54,900 bases of DNA from an uncultured virus (IMG/VR IMGVR_UViG_3300034106_001935) (Duplodnaviria > Heunggongvirae > Uroviricota > Caudoviricetes): IMG/VR virus record IMGVR_UViG_3300034106_001935. One strand, given 5' to 3'. Numbering within the stretch: the first letter of the stretch is position 1; every line of letters begins with the position of its first letter. Below the pieces are notes generated by a model. That model was not told the DNA's origin and did no database searches. It worked only from the letters and a program-made list of their open reading frames with translations. Shown in pieces: positions 20,544-28,967 of the stretch. The position numbers and the translations under genes are program-made.

Positions 20544-21225
20544 AATCATTACTGAAAATCTTAGAAAATGGTTTAAAGAGAAGTGGGTAAGATTTGGTCC
20601 TGATGGTAAGATTCGTGGCGCATGTGCTAGAGGTGATGATAGCGAAGGTAAGCCAAAATGTTTACCACAAGCAAAAGCACATTCATTGGGTAAGAAAGGT
20701 CGCAAGTATGCGGCTAGTAAAAAGCGCAGAGAAGATCCTAATCCAGAGCGCAGTGGCAAGGCAATCAATGTTGCTACTAAGAAAAAATCAAATGAAGGCG
20801 TAATGGAAGAAAAATGTCCACATTGTGGTGGGGCAATGTTTAGCGAATTAATGATTAATGAAAAGAAGGATGCTTGCTACTACAAAGTAAAGAGCCGTTA
20901 CAAAGTATGGCCTTCTGCATATGCTAGTGGCGCATTAGTTAAGTGCCGTAAAAAAGGTGCTAGCAACTGGGGCAACAAATCTGAAAGTGTAGAAGAAGGC
21001 ACAGACCAAGAATTTCACACCGGTGGTGGTAAAGGCTTACCGATGCCCGGTACTTATGAGCAAGAAACTGATAAGTTCAAGCGCCATGGACAACGCCGTA
21101 TTATGGCAATGACCAACGAAGAAGAAATTAACGAAAAGTGGTCTGAAAAATACAAGCGTAGCATTAACTGTTCTAATCCAAAAGGATTCAGTCAAAGAGC
21201 ACATTGTCAGGGTAGAAAGAAATAA
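20530..21225 (+). CDS. Modular basic Cys-containing protein
   Basis: Starts MRANEIITE. Several short K/R-rich two-Cys modules are separated by acidic xxE linkers. Confidence 0.6.
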   Translation: MRANEIITENLRKWFKEKWVRFGPDGKIRGACARGDDSEGKPKCLPQAKAHSLGKKGRKYAASKKRREDPNPERSGKAINVATKKKSNEGVMEEKCPHCGGAMFSELMINEKKDACYYKVKSRYKVWPSAYASGALVKCRKKGASNWGNKSESVEEGTDQEFHTGGGKGLPMPGTYEQETDKFKRHGQRRIMAMTNEEEINEKWSEKYKRSINCSNPKGFSQRAHCQGRKK

Positions 21226-21344
21226 TGAAAACATACAATTTCAGAGTGTTATGTGCAAGCGGTGAATGGAAAGATTTCAACTGTCAGGCAATTGATTTTT
21301 CTCATGCAAGAGATTTATTAGCAGAATTTGCAAAAAATAATTAA
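21225..21344 (+). CDS. Small hypothetical protein, 39 aa (not in the ORF track)
   Basis: MKTYNFRVLCASGEWKDFNCQAIDFSHARDLLAEFAKNN. It has a TAATG overlap with the upstream stop and fills the gap. Confidence 0.55.
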   Translation: MKTYNFRVLCASGEWKDFNCQAIDFSHARDLLAEFAKNN

Positions 21345-21353
21345 AGGTAATTT

Positions 21354-21797
21354 ATGTTAGCAGACGCACTTAAAACATTATTAGCAACAAGCTATGCTTT
21401 TGTAATTAAAGCACAAAACTTTCATTGGAATGTGGAAGGTCCAGATTTCCCACAATACCATGAGTTTTTAGGTAATTTGTACGAAGAAGTATATGATAAC
21501 GCTATTGACCAAACAGCAGAATTAATTCGTCAATTAGATAGTTATACACCTGGTTCTATTACTCGCTTTGCTGAACTAAGCCAAATACCAGATCAAACTA
21601 AAATTCCTCGTGCCGAATTAATGATTGCAGAATTACAACAAGACAATGCCACATTATTAAACATGTGGAAACAAGCATTTCCTATTGCTGAACAAGAAAA
21701 CGAACAGGGCATTGCTGATTTCATAGCAAGTCGCATTGACGCACATGGCAAACATGGCTGGATGTTGCGTAGCATACTTAAGAAACAGCGTGCATAA
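21354..21797 (+). CDS. dps: Dps/ferritin-like protein
   Basis: 'KAQNFHWNVEGPDFPQYHEFL..LYEE...D..AE' Dps signature and C-terminal 'KHGWML'. Confidence 0.92.
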   Translation: MLADALKTLLATSYAFVIKAQNFHWNVEGPDFPQYHEFLGNLYEEVYDNAIDQTAELIRQLDSYTPGSITRFAELSQIPDQTKIPRAELMIAELQQDNATLLNMWKQAFPIAEQENEQGIADFIASRIDAHGKHGWMLRSILKKQRA

Positions 21798-22903
21798 TGA
21801 GAGCCGTAGAATTCACTAATGTCAGTGAAGGTGTAAATGACCCTGCTATTTTCAAAGCAGTGTTTATTATCGGTGGTCCCGGAAGTGGTAAAAGTTATGT
21901 TACTCAAAAATTAGGGTTACAGGCTTTAGGATATGTAAACATCAATAGTGATATTGCTTTTGAATATCTAATGAAAAAACATGCAATTGATCCTAAAATG
22001 CCACCTGAAGAAAAAGAAAAGCGTGATGTTGTAAGACAAAAAGCAAAAGATATCACTGCTGATAAATCAGAACTAGCAATTGACGGGAGATTGGGTCTTG
22101 TAATTGACGGTACCGGCGACGACTATGAAAAAGTTTCTAAGTTAAAAAATAACTTTGATGCATTAGGTTATAATACATTTCTTGTTGTTGTCAACACAGA
22201 ATTAGAAGTAGCACGAAAGCGCAATCAACAAAGAACAAGAACTGTACCTGATAAATTGGTAGTACAAAGCTGGTATGATGTTCAAAACAATATTGGAAAA
22301 TTTGCCCAGATATTTGATAATTTGTCAATCATAGACAATAGTGGTGATGGCGCTAGCACCGAGTCTCAAATTCAAAATACCTATAAAAAATTAGTTAAAT
22401 TTACGAACGCACCGCCCAACAAGCCACAAGCTAGACAATGGATAACACAACAAAAACAAACAAATGAATCAATTGATGTTGAAAAATCTTTTCCAATTGA
22501 AAGTTGGTATGAAGATGATGAAACATATGCCAATGTTGCGGTAGCACATGATAGTGAAGGTCGTGACATTGAAGTTATCTTTACCCCATTACATGAAGAA
22601 ATCAATGCGATTGATTTTGATTTCACTAGAGGTGGCACATATGAAAAAACTGGCGAAGGTGATGCAGGTAAAGTTTTTGCTACGGTATTAAAAGCATTCA
22701 ACGAATATTTGAAAAACATAAATGTTCCGGACTATATATTATTTGCGAGTAAAGGTGGCTCAAGGACAAGTGCGTATCAAGCTATGATTCGTAGATTCGC
22801 AGGTAGATATGGGTATAAGCCTATTCCATATAGTGATTTACCACCAGAAATTGCAAATCAACCACAAGCTGAAGGTAATCAATTTGTATTAGCAAGAGTT
22901 TAA
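21797..22903 (+). CDS. P-loop kinase (AAA_33/Zeta-like) fused to a C-terminal module shared with the 16745 ORF
   Basis: 'GGPGSGKS', 'VIDGT' and 'ARKRNQQRTR'. The C-terminal module is 'TGEGDAGKVFATV...SRTSAY'. Starts MRAVEF. Confidence 0.75.
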   Translation: MRAVEFTNVSEGVNDPAIFKAVFIIGGPGSGKSYVTQKLGLQALGYVNINSDIAFEYLMKKHAIDPKMPPEEKEKRDVVRQKAKDITADKSELAIDGRLGLVIDGTGDDYEKVSKLKNNFDALGYNTFLVVVNTELEVARKRNQQRTRTVPDKLVVQSWYDVQNNIGKFAQIFDNLSIIDNSGDGASTESQIQNTYKKLVKFTNAPPNKPQARQWITQQKQTNESIDVEKSFPIESWYEDDETYANVAVAHDSEGRDIEVIFTPLHEEINAIDFDFTRGGTYEKTGEGDAGKVFATVLKAFNEYLKNINVPDYILFASKGGSRTSAYQAMIRRFAGRYGYKPIPYSDLPPEIANQPQAEGNQFVLARV

Positions 22904-22997
22904 GAACCCACCTTAGGACCGCAATCCGTTGCGTGGTGTAGCCGGCTGCTGGCTTTAGGAGTAACGATTCGCTACCGTGAAACTACAAAGTGAGCAT
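22904..22997 (+). ncRNA. Candidate structured RNA of unknown class
   Basis: A GC-rich intergenic island with several stems and a possible pseudoknot (see findings). Confidence 0.45.
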
Positions 22998-23014
22998 TTT
23001 ATTACGGAGTAAGA

Positions 23015-23449
23015 ATGAAAAAAATAATAGCAATAGTTTTATTAGCGTTAATGTCAACTGCTTATGCACAAAAGAAACCTCAAGGTGTAACTTATGATGC
23101 TAATATTCTTAGGGTAAATGACGGTGATACTGTAGTCATAGAGGCACCTTTTTTACCAGCACCATTAAAGAAAGAACTAGCAGTTCGTGTCTTTGGGGTT
23201 GACACACCTGAGAAAGGATTCCGTGCTAAATGCCCGCAGGAAGATCAGCGTGGACAAGCTGCAAGTGCATTTACAAAACAAGCAGTAGCAAACGCACAAA
23301 AGCGCCAAGTTGTATTATATGATTGGGATAAGTTTGGGGGTCGTGTTCTAGGAGATATTATACTTAACGGACAAAGCCTTCGTAGTATGCTGATTCAAAA
23401 TGGTTTTGCCCGTGAATATTACGGTGAAGCCAAACAGAGTTGGTGTTAA
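23015..23449 (+). CDS. Thermonuclease (SNase) family protein with signal peptide
   Basis: N-terminal signal peptide ending AYA, then 'DGDT', 'VRVFGVDTPE' and 'DKFGGRVLG'. Confidence 0.88.
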   Translation: MKKIIAIVLLALMSTAYAQKKPQGVTYDANILRVNDGDTVVIEAPFLPAPLKKELAVRVFGVDTPEKGFRAKCPQEDQRGQAASAFTKQAVANAQKRQVVLYDWDKFGGRVLGDIILNGQSLRSMLIQNGFAREYYGEAKQSWC

Positions 23450-23463
23450 GATAAATACTTATT

Positions 23464-24168
23464 ATGAGAGCGACTGAATTTATCACCGAACGTAAAAAAT
23501 CTAAGTCTAGGAAAAAATCCTTACGTAGATATTTCTTTCCCGGTTACGGATACTTTGGTTTCGGCTCCGGCGAATCAGATGGTGGTGACGGAGGTGGCGG
23601 CGGCGAAAGCATGTATGAATCACCAGAACATGAATTAGCAAAAAAGTTACCTAGCTTATCAAAGCATGATTACAATACTATTGATCAATTGATTAGAAAA
23701 ATCGCTAAACGCCATCACATGACAAGCGAGTTATTACACAATAAATTTAAACGAAAGTATAAAGAAACTCCAGATAAATGGATAAAAGGTAAATTAGACG
23801 AAGCAAATGTTGAGTGTGATTTAGAGGATGAAGTTAATAAGTTTGCGGATTGGGCTCGTAAACGATTGAATTTACAAACCCGCCCAGAAATAGAACTTAG
23901 CATGGATACCGAAGAAGCACAAGACGGTCATCATACAGGTAGCCATACTGAGGGTTCCAATAAGGTTTGGGTTTATGCTAAAAACCGTAACCTTGTAGAT
24001 ATTCTTAGAACTGTTTTCCATGAGTTGGTGCATGTTCGCCAAGGTGAATTGAATATGATTCAACCGGGTGATAGTTATCCCGGTAGCCCAATTGAGGTAA
24101 TGGCTGATGCACTTGCTGGAAAATATATTAAGATTTACGGCGAACAGAACCATCACATCTTTCAATAA
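23464..24168 (+). CDS. Modular protein with a C-terminal HExxH metallopeptidase-like domain
   Basis: Starts MRATEFITE and contains 'LRTVFHELVHVRQ...E'. TAAATA lies at 23452-23457. Confidence 0.6.
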   Translation: MRATEFITERKKSKSRKKSLRRYFFPGYGYFGFGSGESDGGDGGGGGESMYESPEHELAKKLPSLSKHDYNTIDQLIRKIAKRHHMTSELLHNKFKRKYKETPDKWIKGKLDEANVECDLEDEVNKFADWARKRLNLQTRPEIELSMDTEEAQDGHHTGSHTEGSNKVWVYAKNRNLVDILRTVFHELVHVRQGELNMIQPGDSYPGSPIEVMADALAGKYIKIYGEQNHHIFQ

Positions 24169-24194
24169 ATTCTAAGTTGTGCTATACTAGCACA

Positions 24195-24785
24195 ATGATT
24201 AAACTATTATTCCCATTGCCCAAACAAGTTACCGTAGCCTTTAGCGGCGGTGTGGATAGTGTTGCTGTTGTGGATTTCTTATCCAAAAAGCATGATGTTG
24301 CCTGTGCATTCTATCACCATGGTACAGAGAATAGCGAACGGGCATTAAAGTTTGTAAGCAAGTTTTGTACACAAAGAAAATTACCTATGTTTTTGGGTTT
24401 GCTAAATCGGGACAAACCCAGTGATATGAGTTACGAAGAATTTTGGCGTGAAGAACGCTATCAGTATTTGGCTACATTGGGACCAGTAATTACCGCACAT
24501 CATTTAGATGATTGTGTAGAAACATATCTTTGGTCAGCAATGCATGGTAAGCCCAAAGTGCCTAATATTATTCGTGGCAATGTTATTCGCCCATTTCTTA
24601 CTACACCTAAAAGTGAACTCATTGATTGGTGTCAAAGAAAAAATTTAGAATGGTGCGAAGATTTGAGTAACGAAGATGAACGGTATACACGCAACTATAT
24701 CCGTAAAAATCTTGTACCGCATTCATTGCATGTAAATCCCGGATTACACAAAACGGTAAAAAAGATTGTTGAAAAACAACTGTAA
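24195..24785 (+). CDS. tilS: tRNA(Ile)-lysidine synthetase-like protein (catalytic domain only)
   Basis: PP-loop 'AFSGGVDS', 'AHHLDDCVET', 'IRPFL' and 'EDLSN...YTRNYIR'. The ATG at 24195 follows a TG-extended TATACT. Confidence 0.85.
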   Translation: MIKLLFPLPKQVTVAFSGGVDSVAVVDFLSKKHDVACAFYHHGTENSERALKFVSKFCTQRKLPMFLGLLNRDKPSDMSYEEFWREERYQYLATLGPVITAHHLDDCVETYLWSAMHGKPKVPNIIRGNVIRPFLTTPKSELIDWCQRKNLEWCEDLSNEDERYTRNYIRKNLVPHSLHVNPGLHKTVKKIVEKQL

Positions 24786-24819
24786 TACATATATAATCAA
24801 ACACTTTTAAGGAGAAACA

Positions 24820-25083
24820 ATGACTACATCTAAGACTTTTAGTGGCGATCAAAAGATCAAACTGACCCAACTCATCAATGAAGGCATGGCAGTCATGCAT
24901 GAGATTGAAACATTGAATGAGGGTTTGAGTGACACAGTTAAGGCAATCGCAGAAGAATTGGAAGTAAAGCCCAGTGTATTAAAGAAGGCTATCCGTATTG
25001 CACACAAGGCTAGTCTAACACAAGCCAATCAAGAACACGATGATTTGAATACTATTCTAGAGGCAGTTGGCAAGACTCTATGA
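24820..25083 (+). CDS. Small helical protein, possibly dsDNA-binding (T4 DsbA/GapR-like)
   Basis: 87 aa with an AAGGAG RBS and a helical 'VKAIAEELEVKPSVLKKAIRIAHK' segment. Confidence 0.45.
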   Translation: MTTSKTFSGDQKIKLTQLINEGMAVMHEIETLNEGLSDTVKAIAEELEVKPSVLKKAIRIAHKASLTQANQEHDDLNTILEAVGKTL

Positions 25084-27794
25084 GTTATATTGATGCTATC
25101 CATGACCGTGATAGTGACCGCATCTATGTAGTAGAACGAACTCCTGAAGGTAAACGAACCTACAAGGAATATCCTTGCAATTATACTTTTTATTTCAGCG
25201 ATTTAAAAGGCAAATATCATAGCATCTTCGGAGATAAGGTAACTAAATTCAGTTCACGCAAGCGTAGTGAATTTGAAAAGGAACGCAGGATTCACGCAAA
25301 CAAGAAATTGTTTGAAAGTGATATCAACGTTGTGTTCCGTTGTCTAAGCGAAAATTATCTTGGGGTAGAAAGTCCCAAGCTACATACATGCTTCTTTGAC
25401 ATTGAGGTTGACTTTGATCCTGAAAAGGGTTTTAGTCCCACAAGTGATCCCTTCAATCCTGTAACTGCAATCAGTCTATACCTAGATTGGCTAGACCAAC
25501 TAGTTACCCTTGTCATCCCTCCTCGCGGCATGACAGATGAAACTGCACACGATTTAGTTAAAGATATGCCCAACACACTTCTGTTCCGTAGTGAAATAGA
25601 AATGTTTGAAACATTCTTTCAACTGATTGAGGATGCTGATATTCTTACTGGTTGGAACTCAGAAGGCTATGATATACCCTACATGGTTAACCGTGTAACA
25701 AGGGTTATGAGCAAGGATGACACACGCAAGTTTTGTTTGCTTGGTCAACTTCCCAAGCCAAGAACCTATGAGCGTTTCGGTAAAGAAGAAACAACATATG
25801 ATCTAGTTGGTCGTGTTCATATGGACTATTTGCAGTTGTATAAGAAGTACAACTATGAAAGTCGGCATAGTTATAAATTGGACTTCATTGGTGAAATGGA
25901 AGTCGGTGAAAACAAAACACAGTACGAAGGTACATTGGATCAATTGTATAACAAGGACTTTAAAAGGTTCGTAGAATACAATCGCCAAGATACAATGTTG
26001 CTTGTTAAGATTCATAATAAACTTAAGTTTTTAGATTTAGCTAATGCACTAGCACATGAAAATACTGTGCTATTGCCAACTGTCATGGGGTCTGTTGCAA
26101 TGATTGAAATGGCAATCATGAACGAGGCTCATGAACGTGGTATGGTAGTACCCGATAAACGACGAAAGGAAAATCATACAGATGAACAACAAGCGGCAGG
26201 TGCCTATGTTGCTACGCCCAAAAGAGGCATCCACGAATGGGTCGGTGCAGTTGACATTAACTCGCTCTATCCCTCGGCTATTCGCGCCCTTAACATGGCC
26301 CCCGAAACAATCGTTGGACAAGTCAGACAAACACTTACTGACCAGTACATGCGAGATAAAGGCAGAAGGCTAGCCAGTGAAAAGAAACGTGCCAAGGACG
26401 ATGATGAAGAAGTAACTGGCGCGATACTCTGGGAAGGTTTATTTGGTTCATTAGAATATGAAGCAATCATGCGCCAAGAGCGTGGTACTATGCTTACACT
26501 TGACTATGAAAATGGTGATAGCGTAGAAATGAGTGCTGCTGAGATATGGAAATTAATCTTTGATAGTCACAATCCATTTATTCTTAGTGCTAATGGAACA
26601 ATCTTTAGGTATGATACTGAAGGTGTAATTCCAGGTCTGTTATCACGCTGGTATACAGAACGGAAGTCAATTCAAAAGCAAGCTAAGGAAGCATACGGCA
26701 CTGATATGTATGAATATTACGACAAACGACAGCTTGTCCGTAAAATTTTGCTTAACTCTGCGTATGGCGCACTTTTGAATGAGCATTGCCGATTCTATGA
26801 TAAACGCATTGGTCAATCAGTAACATTGAGTGGTCGTCAGATTGTTAAACACATGATGAGCCAGATCAATGAAATTGTAGAAGGCGAATACAATCATAAT
26901 GGTCCCGCAATTGTATACGGGGATACTGACTCATGCTACTTTAGTGCTTATCCTATTCTTAAAACACAAATAGATAATAATGAATTAGAATGGAACAAGG
27001 ATGTTTGTATAGGTTTATACGATAGTATTGCTGAACAAACAAATGACACATTCCCCGCATTCATGGAACGTGCATTTCACGCGCCTCGCAAGAACGGTGA
27101 AATCATCAAGGCTGGTCGTGAATTAATTGGTGACCGTACTATCTTTATTACTAAGAAGCGTTATGCAATCAATATCTTTGATAAAGAAGGTAAGCGCAAA
27201 GATAAAGATGGCAAACTGGGTGATATCAAGGCTATGGGTCTTGATTTGAAACGGGCTGATACTCCTAAGTATGTTCAAGAATTCTTAATGAATATATTGA
27301 GCATGGTCATTCAACAAGGTAAGGGTCGTGACGAAGTAATTGAAGCTATCAAAGGTTTCAAACGGATCTTATCTGCACAGGATAGTTGGACAAAGGGTAG
27401 TCCTAAGTCTGTAAACAAACTTACATATTACGAAGAACTAGAAAAGAAAAGCCCAACAGGTCGTGCTAATATGCCCGGACATGTCAGAGGAGCACTAAAC
27501 TACAACTATCTACGCCGTGTCAACAGTGACAACTATAGTATGAAGATTGTTGACGGAATGAAGGTTATTGTTTGTAAACTTAAACCCAATCCATTGAACT
27601 TTACAAGTATTGCTTATCCAACTGACGAACTTAGATTGCCTCAATGGTTCTGTGAGTTGCCGTTTGATGATAGTGAAATGGAACGCACACTAGTTGACGA
27701 AAAGATTGAAAACTTGCTAGGTGTGTTAGGTTGGGATTTGCGTAGCAACACAGATACAAATTCAACATTTGATGATTTGTTTAGTTTCGGTTAA
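25080..27794 (+). CDS. Family B DNA polymerase
   Basis: ExoI 'FFDIEV', ExoII 'GWNSEGYDIPY' and ExoIII 'YNRQD'; polymerase motifs 'DINSLYPS', 'KILLNSAYG' and 'YGDTDS'. Confidence 0.95.
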   Translation: MSYIDAIHDRDSDRIYVVERTPEGKRTYKEYPCNYTFYFSDLKGKYHSIFGDKVTKFSSRKRSEFEKERRIHANKKLFESDINVVFRCLSENYLGVESPKLHTCFFDIEVDFDPEKGFSPTSDPFNPVTAISLYLDWLDQLVTLVIPPRGMTDETAHDLVKDMPNTLLFRSEIEMFETFFQLIEDADILTGWNSEGYDIPYMVNRVTRVMSKDDTRKFCLLGQLPKPRTYERFGKEETTYDLVGRVHMDYLQLYKKYNYESRHSYKLDFIGEMEVGENKTQYEGTLDQLYNKDFKRFVEYNRQDTMLLVKIHNKLKFLDLANALAHENTVLLPTVMGSVAMIEMAIMNEAHERGMVVPDKRRKENHTDEQQAAGAYVATPKRGIHEWVGAVDINSLYPSAIRALNMAPETIVGQVRQTLTDQYMRDKGRRLASEKKRAKDDDEEVTGAILWEGLFGSLEYEAIMRQERGTMLTLDYENGDSVEMSAAEIWKLIFDSHNPFILSANGTIFRYDTEGVIPGLLSRWYTERKSIQKQAKEAYGTDMYEYYDKRQLVRKILLNSAYGALLNEHCRFYDKRIGQSVTLSGRQIVKHMMSQINEIVEGEYNHNGPAIVYGDTDSCYFSAYPILKTQIDNNELEWNKDVCIGLYDSIAEQTNDTFPAFMERAFHAPRKNGEIIKAGRELIGDRTIFITKKRYAINIFDKEGKRKDKDGKLGDIKAMGLDLKRADTPKYVQEFLMNILSMVIQQGKGRDEVIEAIKGFKRILSAQDSWTKGSPKSVNKLTYYEELEKKSPTGRANMPGHVRGALNYNYLRRVNSDNYSMKIVDGMKVIVCKLKPNPLNFTSIAYPTDELRLPQWFCELPFDDSEMERTLVDEKIENLLGVLGWDLRSNTDTNSTFDDLFSFG

Positions 27795-27801
27795 ATTGAA
27801 A

Positions 27802-27830
27802 TTGACATTCGCAAAAAAATCCATTATTAT
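27802..27830 (+). promoter_or_regulatory. Sigma70-type promoter
   Basis: TTGACA-N17-TATTAT; a TAAATA also lies downstream. Confidence 0.6.
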
Positions 27831-27867
27831 ACACAGTATAAATGCCTAAATATTTAAAAGGAAAAAC

Positions 27868-28599
27868 ATGAAAGATTATTTACAAGATTTGATTCAACAT
27901 ACACATGGACTAGGAGTTATTGAGCTGGTCAAGGTTGTGGGTACTGACAAAGAAACACAAATTGTTAGTATCGCAGAAGATAAGAGTGTTATCGTAATGG
28001 GTACATTCAAGCAACCAGTTAGTGACTTTATCGGCACATTTGGTATGCCTAATCTTAGCAAGCTCAAAACTATTCTTGGTTTTGATGAGTATGATGAACA
28101 AGCCACTGTTAATGTTACACGCGGAACTAAAGATGATCCAATGGTTCCCACTAACATTCACTTTCAAACTAAAAACAATGACTTCGTAAACGATTACCGT
28201 TTGATGAGCAAGTCCATTGTTGAAGAAAAAATCAAGACTCCAGTATTCAAGGGTGCTAATTGGAACGTTGAATTTGAACCTAGCATTGCAGGTATCTTGC
28301 GTTTGAAGAAACAAGCAAGTGCTAACAGTGAAGAACAACACTTTACTATGACCACACTTAATGGTGATCTAAAGATTAACTTCGGTGATCCTTCAACTCA
28401 CAGTGGTAACTTTGTGTTTCACAGTGGTGTAACTGGTACACTAAGTAAGGCTTGGAACTGGCCTGTAAAGGTCTTCCAATCTATTATGGACTTGCCCGGT
28501 GATAAGACTGTTAAGGTTAGTGATCAGGGTGCTACAGAGATTACTGTTGATAGTGGTCTTGCAACATACAAGTATCTACTTCCTGCGCAAGCAAAATGA
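27868..28599 (+). CDS. Probable sliding clamp (gp45/PCNA-like)
   Basis: 243 aa with an alternating beta/alpha pattern and a C-terminal 'ITVDSGLATYKYLLPA'. It sits directly after PolB, and a clamp loader is present. Inferred from size and context. Confidence 0.5.
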   Translation: MKDYLQDLIQHTHGLGVIELVKVVGTDKETQIVSIAEDKSVIVMGTFKQPVSDFIGTFGMPNLSKLKTILGFDEYDEQATVNVTRGTKDDPMVPTNIHFQTKNNDFVNDYRLMSKSIVEEKIKTPVFKGANWNVEFEPSIAGILRLKKQASANSEEQHFTMTTLNGDLKINFGDPSTHSGNFVFHSGVTGTLSKAWNWPVKVFQSIMDLPGDKTVKVSDQGATEITVDSGLATYKYLLPAQAK

Positions 28600-28967
28600 T
28601 TAAGAACATTACAGGCGGTGGAAAATATCTGACTGTTACCGGCGGCTCGGGCTCTACTTATGTGAATAACTACAGTGGATCTCAAGGTGTTGGTAACATG
28701 CGGTTTAATACTTCAACACAAAATATTGAAATATACGATGGAGCTAATTGGATTCAAATGGCTTCTGGATATTCTACTGTTTCAATGACGCCCGAAGCTG
28801 AATCGTTACTTGATTGGGCAAGGCAAAAACGCCAAGAAGAAATGGAACTAAATGAGTTAGCAAAAACTAACCCAACCATTGCTGATCTTCAAAAACAAAT
28901 TAAAGAAAAAAAAGAACAAATTGATATTGTAAGGAAACTTACATCAATGGAAATTAAAATCGGATGA
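28596..28967 (+). CDS. Hypothetical protein
   Basis: 123-aa ORF with ATGA overlaps on both sides. Confidence 0.6.
   Translation: MIKNITGGGKYLTVTGGSGSTYVNNYSGSQGVGNMRFNTSTQNIEIYDGANWIQMASGYSTVSMTPEAESLLDWARQKRQEEMELNELAKTNPTIADLQKQIKEKKEQIDIVRKLTSMEIKIG

Noticed and set aside
24195..24785. PP-loop protein as the missing QueC
   Set aside because: It shares SGGxDS with QueC but has the TilS motifs (AHHxDD, RPFL, DxSN...YxRNxIR) and lacks the QueC C-terminal Zn-binding cysteines.
26300..26620. Insertion in PolB after motif A as a possible intein
   Set aside because: It is short and has no Cys/Ser-start...His-Asn-end splice motifs or LAGLIDADG blocks, so it is treated as a lineage-specific insert.
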